A DNA stretch of 39,355 nucleotides from a virus (lineage: Duplodnaviria; Caudoviricetes): positions 1 to 39,355 of the IMG/VR virus record IMGVR_UViG_3300020045_005902, one strand, 5' to 3'. Made by a program: the position numbers and the translations under genes. This document shows, piece by piece, positions 36,403 through 39,355 of the stretch. The first letter of the stretch is position 1. Each line of letters starts with the position of its first letter. Under the pieces are notes generated by a model. The model ran no database searches. It had not been told where the DNA came from and saw nothing but the letters and a program-made list of their open reading frames with translations.

Positions 36403-36813
36403 ATGCCTAAAAACAAATATATAGCAACTCCCGAAATAATGTGGCAACATTTTGTTGATTATAAAAAAGAAACAAAGCAGGATGTTATTTTAGTTCACGA
36501 CTATGTAGGTAAAGATGCTGACGAGGTTTATAGAAGAAAAGAAAAACCGTTAACGTTAGAGGGGTTTGAGAATTGGTGTGCTGATAACGATATTATTGAG
36601 GATTTAAGCCAATACTTTGCAAACACAGAAAATAGATACACCGAATATCAAACTATCTGTTCACGTATTAGAAGAACAATCCGACAAGACCAAATTGAGG
36701 GTGGCATGGTTGGAATTTACAACCCATCAATTACTCAACGATTAAATGGATTAGTAGATAAATCGGAAGTAACACAAAAACAAGAACAACCATTGTTTGG
36801 AGAAGATGAATAA
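36403..36813 (+). CDS. terS: Terminase small subunit (P22 gp3-like DNA-packaging family)
   Basis: TPEIMWQHF, KPLTLEGF and QIEGGMVGIYNPSITQRLNGL motifs; upstream of TerL. Confidence 0.85.
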   Translation: MPKNKYIATPEIMWQHFVDYKKETKQDVILVHDYVGKDADEVYRRKEKPLTLEGFENWCADNDIIEDLSQYFANTENRYTEYQTICSRIRRTIRQDQIEGGMVGIYNPSITQRLNGLVDKSEVTQKQEQPLFGEDE

Positions 36814-36991
36814 AGCGATAAAATTAAAAGGAAAATATAATTTTTTTATAAAATCAATCAAAGAGCAAAATTGTTTTTTTGATGGAAAATATAGAGATGT
36901 ATTGTTTTTAAAAGGAATTTGTCCAATAAGTAGTTTTGAAAGAGAAATTATAATTAAAAAATCTGATAGTTATAGGATTATAAATGTTTAA
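36806..36991 (+). CDS. Small AT-rich hypothetical gene between terS and terL
   Basis: Overlaps both neighbours by 8 nt. Confidence 0.45.
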   Translation: MNKAIKLKGKYNFFIKSIKEQNCFFDGKYRDVLFLKGICPISSFEREIIIKKSDSYRIINV

Positions 36992-38177
36992 ATATACAAC
37001 CGCAATAAGAAAACTACGTGCGATGAAAGCACGAAAAAAAGTAGTACAAGGAGGCACATCCGCAGGAAAAACTTACGGAATTGTGCCTTTACTTATTGAT
37101 AAAGCTATCAAAGGAAATAACTTAAAAATTACAATTGTAGCTGAAACATTACCAGCGGTAAAAGAGGGCGCATTGGATATTTTTAAAACCGTGATGTATG
37201 AAACAAATAGATGGGTTGAAACACATTGGAACGCATCAAGTTTAACTTATACATTTTCATCAAAAAGCCGTATACAATTTAAAAGTTATGACACAATCGG
37301 TAAAGCAAAGGCAGGTGGTAAAAGAGACATTTTATTTTTAAACGAGGCTAATCATATTCCTTTCGATATTGCAGACGCTTTAATGATACGCTCAAAAGAA
37401 ACGTGGATAGACTTTAATCCTGATAACGAATTTTGGGTACACTCCGAAACTTTACAAGAACCAAATAGTGAGTTCTTACTTTTAACTTACCACGACAACG
37501 AAGGATTACCACCCGAAACATTGGAAGATTTATTAATAAAACAATCAAAAGCGTTTTATGATGTAAATAAAGATTGGAACGACCAAAACAATATCAAAAA
37601 TAATTATTGGGCAAATTGGTGTAAAGTTTATATTAAAGGCGAAATAGGAAACTTAGAAGGTGTTATTTTTAATAATTGGTCAAAGATTGACAATTTACCA
37701 TTAGAAGCAAGATTAATCGGTTACGGGTTAGATTTCGGATATTCTAACGACCCTACAAGCATTATTGAAATTTACAATTATAACGGACAAAGAGTATTAA
37801 ATGAAATATGTTACCAAAAAGGATTAAGCAATGCACAAATATCAAAATACATTTCAAACCGTTTGCCTGTTTATTGTGACAGTTCTGAGCCAAAATCAAT
37901 AGCAGAGTTAGCATCGCACAAAGTAAATGCTTACGCAGTTACAAAAGGTAGCGATTCTATTAATTTCGGTATTCAGATAATGCAGGAGCAACACTACTTA
38001 GTAACTTCAAGTAGTTTAAATTTGATTAATGAGTTAAGAAAATACGCTTGGGATAAGGACAAAAAAACTAATGAAAATCTAAACAAACCAATCGACAACT
38101 TTAATCACGCTATCGATGCAGTGCGTTATCACGAAATGGAAACACTCGGAAGAAAAACAAAAATCGAAGTTCGATAG
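36984..38177 (+). CDS. terL: Terminase large subunit, PBSX/SPP1-like family
   Basis: Walker A QGGTSAGKT, Walker B ILFLNE, DFNP, YGLDFGYSNDP, CDSSEP and NHAIDAVRY. Confidence 0.95.
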   Translation: MFKYTTAIRKLRAMKARKKVVQGGTSAGKTYGIVPLLIDKAIKGNNLKITIVAETLPAVKEGALDIFKTVMYETNRWVETHWNASSLTYTFSSKSRIQFKSYDTIGKAKAGGKRDILFLNEANHIPFDIADALMIRSKETWIDFNPDNEFWVHSETLQEPNSEFLLLTYHDNEGLPPETLEDLLIKQSKAFYDVNKDWNDQNNIKNNYWANWCKVYIKGEIGNLEGVIFNNWSKIDNLPLEARLIGYGLDFGYSNDPTSIIEIYNYNGQRVLNEICYQKGLSNAQISKYISNRLPVYCDSSEPKSIAELASHKVNAYAVTKGSDSINFGIQIMQEQHYLVTSSSLNLINELRKYAWDKDKKTNENLNKPIDNFNHAIDAVRYHEMETLGRKTKIEVR

Positions 38178-38204
38178 TAACAAAATCCCTTAATTTTAGT
38201 TATA
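38177..38204 (+). promoter_or_regulatory. Candidate ECF-type late promoter
   Basis: GTAAC...17 nt...GTTATA, just before ATG 38210. Confidence 0.3.
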
Positions 38205-38209
38205 TAAGT

Positions 38210-38824
38210 ATGAAAATAGTTTTGCCCGAACATAGTAAAGATATAACTCTTTATCAGTATCAGAAGTATGTTGAATTATTGCAACGTACTGATTTAGATG
38301 CTTACCAAATTGACCAAAGGAAAATACAAATATTCACGGGTGTAAAGCCTAACGAATACGAAAACCTTACTCAAAAAGATAAAGAGGAAATGTTAGAGCA
38401 AATTGAAGTAGCTATTAACACGCCTTACGGGTTTGAGAATAGATTTACTATGTCGGGGATTGAATTTGGTTTTATTCCAAACTTAGATAAAATAACCGCA
38501 GGGGAATACTTTGATTTATGTAAGTACGGTATGGAAGTAGAAACACTTCACAATCTAATGGCGATATTATTTAGACCTATTACAAATAAAAGTTGGTGGA
38601 CTAAAGACTATGCGATTGCAGAGTATAAAGGAACGGCAGATTGGGCGGAAGCAATGAAACTTACTCCAATGAATATCGTAAACGGTGCATTGTTTTTTTT
38701 TCTGAATTTGTCAACAGAATTAAAGAATTATATCCAGAACTTAGAAGCAAAGGAACAAGTGAGGGACAAAGCGCAGAGCAATATTTTGAAAAGTGGGGAT
38801 GGTATGCAACCATTGACAAACTAG
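38210..38824 (+). CDS. Putative tail assembly chaperone (G-like, frame 0)
   Basis: FGFIPNLDKIT...LMAILFRP; GALFFF is encoded over a T9 run. Confidence 0.6.
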   Translation: MKIVLPEHSKDITLYQYQKYVELLQRTDLDAYQIDQRKIQIFTGVKPNEYENLTQKDKEEMLEQIEVAINTPYGFENRFTMSGIEFGFIPNLDKITAGEYFDLCKYGMEVETLHNLMAILFRPITNKSWWTKDYAIAEYKGTADWAEAMKLTPMNIVNGALFFFLNLSTELKNYIQNLEAKEQVRDKAQSNILKSGDGMQPLTN

Positions 38825-38967
38825 CGAAAGGAAACATTTTAAGATACGAGAAAGTTTTAAAGCTAAATGTGTACGAAGTGTTAAATTTCTTAGCGCATAG
38901 CATTGATAAAACAAATTTGAAAACTGAATTAATGAAACCTAAAAAAGATAACGAAATACAATTGTAA
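38693..38967 (+). CDS. -1 frameshift extension (GT-like product)
   Basis: Overlapping -1 frame after T TTT TTT reads ...SEFVNRIKELYPEL...FEKWGWYATIDKLAKGNIL... Confidence 0.65.
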
Positions 38968-38969
38968 TT

Positions 38970-39089
38970 ATGGAAAAAACTATTAATGTAAAAGTTATTA
39001 CCCCAACAACAGAGGAAATAAGACAAACAGATGAATACAAAGCATTGGTTGAAAAAATTAAATCGATGGTAAAAACTATTATTACATGA
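38970..39089 (+). CDS. Small hypothetical protein (39 aa)
   Basis: Read from sequence; ATGA overlap with the next gene. Confidence 0.45.
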   Translation: MEKTINVKVITPTTEEIRQTDEYKALVEKIKSMVKTIIT

Positions 39090-39355
39090 ACCAATACACA
39101 GAACTACTTTATTACATTAAATCCTTAGCCGATGCAGACCCGTTAGTAAATACTGTAACGAAAGGCGATTTTGAAAAGCTGGATTTAAAAAAAAAGACCA
39201 TCTACCCGTTAGTGCATATTAACATTACGGATGCAGGATTTACTAATGGTTCGGTACTTTTGTTTGGAGTTCAAATTGGAGCGTTTGATATTCGAGACAT
39301 TAACAAAGAAGTTCAAACGGATAACTTTTGGGAGCAGGATAATGAGGTGGATAAT
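39086..39355 (+). CDS. Putative tail completion/terminator protein (3' partial)
   Basis: Open to the window end: MNQYTELLYYIKSLADADPLVNTVTKGD...IYPLVHINI... Confidence 0.55.
   Translation, partial: MNQYTELLYYIKSLADADPLVNTVTKGDFEKLDLKKKTIYPLVHINITDAGFTNGSVLLFGVQIGAFDIRDINKEVQTDNFWEQDNEVDN

Larger units (their letters stand above)
1..39355 (+). mobile_element. Tailed dsDNA phage (siphovirus-like, Bacteroidota/Flavobacteria host), partial and possibly chimeric
   Basis: Co-oriented terminase, protease, tail tube, tape measure, endolysin and primase genes; Bacteroidota-type TAnnTTTG promoters; no host housekeeping genes. Confidence 0.93.

Noticed and set aside
36984-38177. TerL Walker B reading NE instead of DE as a sign of inactivation
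   Set aside because: All other motifs are intact and NEA variants are, to my knowledge, common in this family
173-39026. All minus-strand ORFs in the track
   Set aside because: Short, almost all antisense to well-supported + strand genes, and without recognisable motifs; treated as shadow ORFs
1-39355. Stop-codon reassignment
   Set aside because: Long genes are intact in code 11, and TAG/TGA stops coincide with the next gene's start

Overview
A ~39 kb AT-rich tailed-phage sequence, almost certainly from a siphovirus-like phage of Flavobacteriaceae or related Bacteroidota. Host signals are TAnnTTTG promoters, A-rich leaders without Shine-Dalgarno (SD) sites and a DUF3127-type SSB. All credible genes are on the + strand. 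The order is: a foreign-looking terminase C-terminal fragment (1-~1000), prohead protease, a 51-codon stub where the major capsid gene should be, neck/tail genes, tape measure, tail tip/fibre and SGNH esterase, lysis cassette, small accessory genes, recombination/SSB, primase-helicase with an iteron origin, SF2 helicase-VRR-NUC, a 2OG-Fe(II) oxygenase-like gene, sigma factor, TerS/TerL, and the start of an apparently second tail module with a -1 frameshift chaperone pair. No recognisable intact portal, full capsid, integrase, tRNA or CRISPR was found. Most notable are: (i) six copies of a 19-bp Fur-box-like palindrome at gene-cassette boundaries, four at fixed spacing from a promoter; (ii) a kissing-loop leader plus origin-type palindrome before the replication gene; (iii) loss of the capsid gene at a sharp junction; (iv) two unrelated terminases and duplicated tail-assembly functions, suggesting mosaicism or a chimeric assembly; (v) a candidate pseudoknot RNA and a PRPPRP-stop leader peptide near the lysis genes. 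Product calls come from motif recognition and synteny only; no database search was run.
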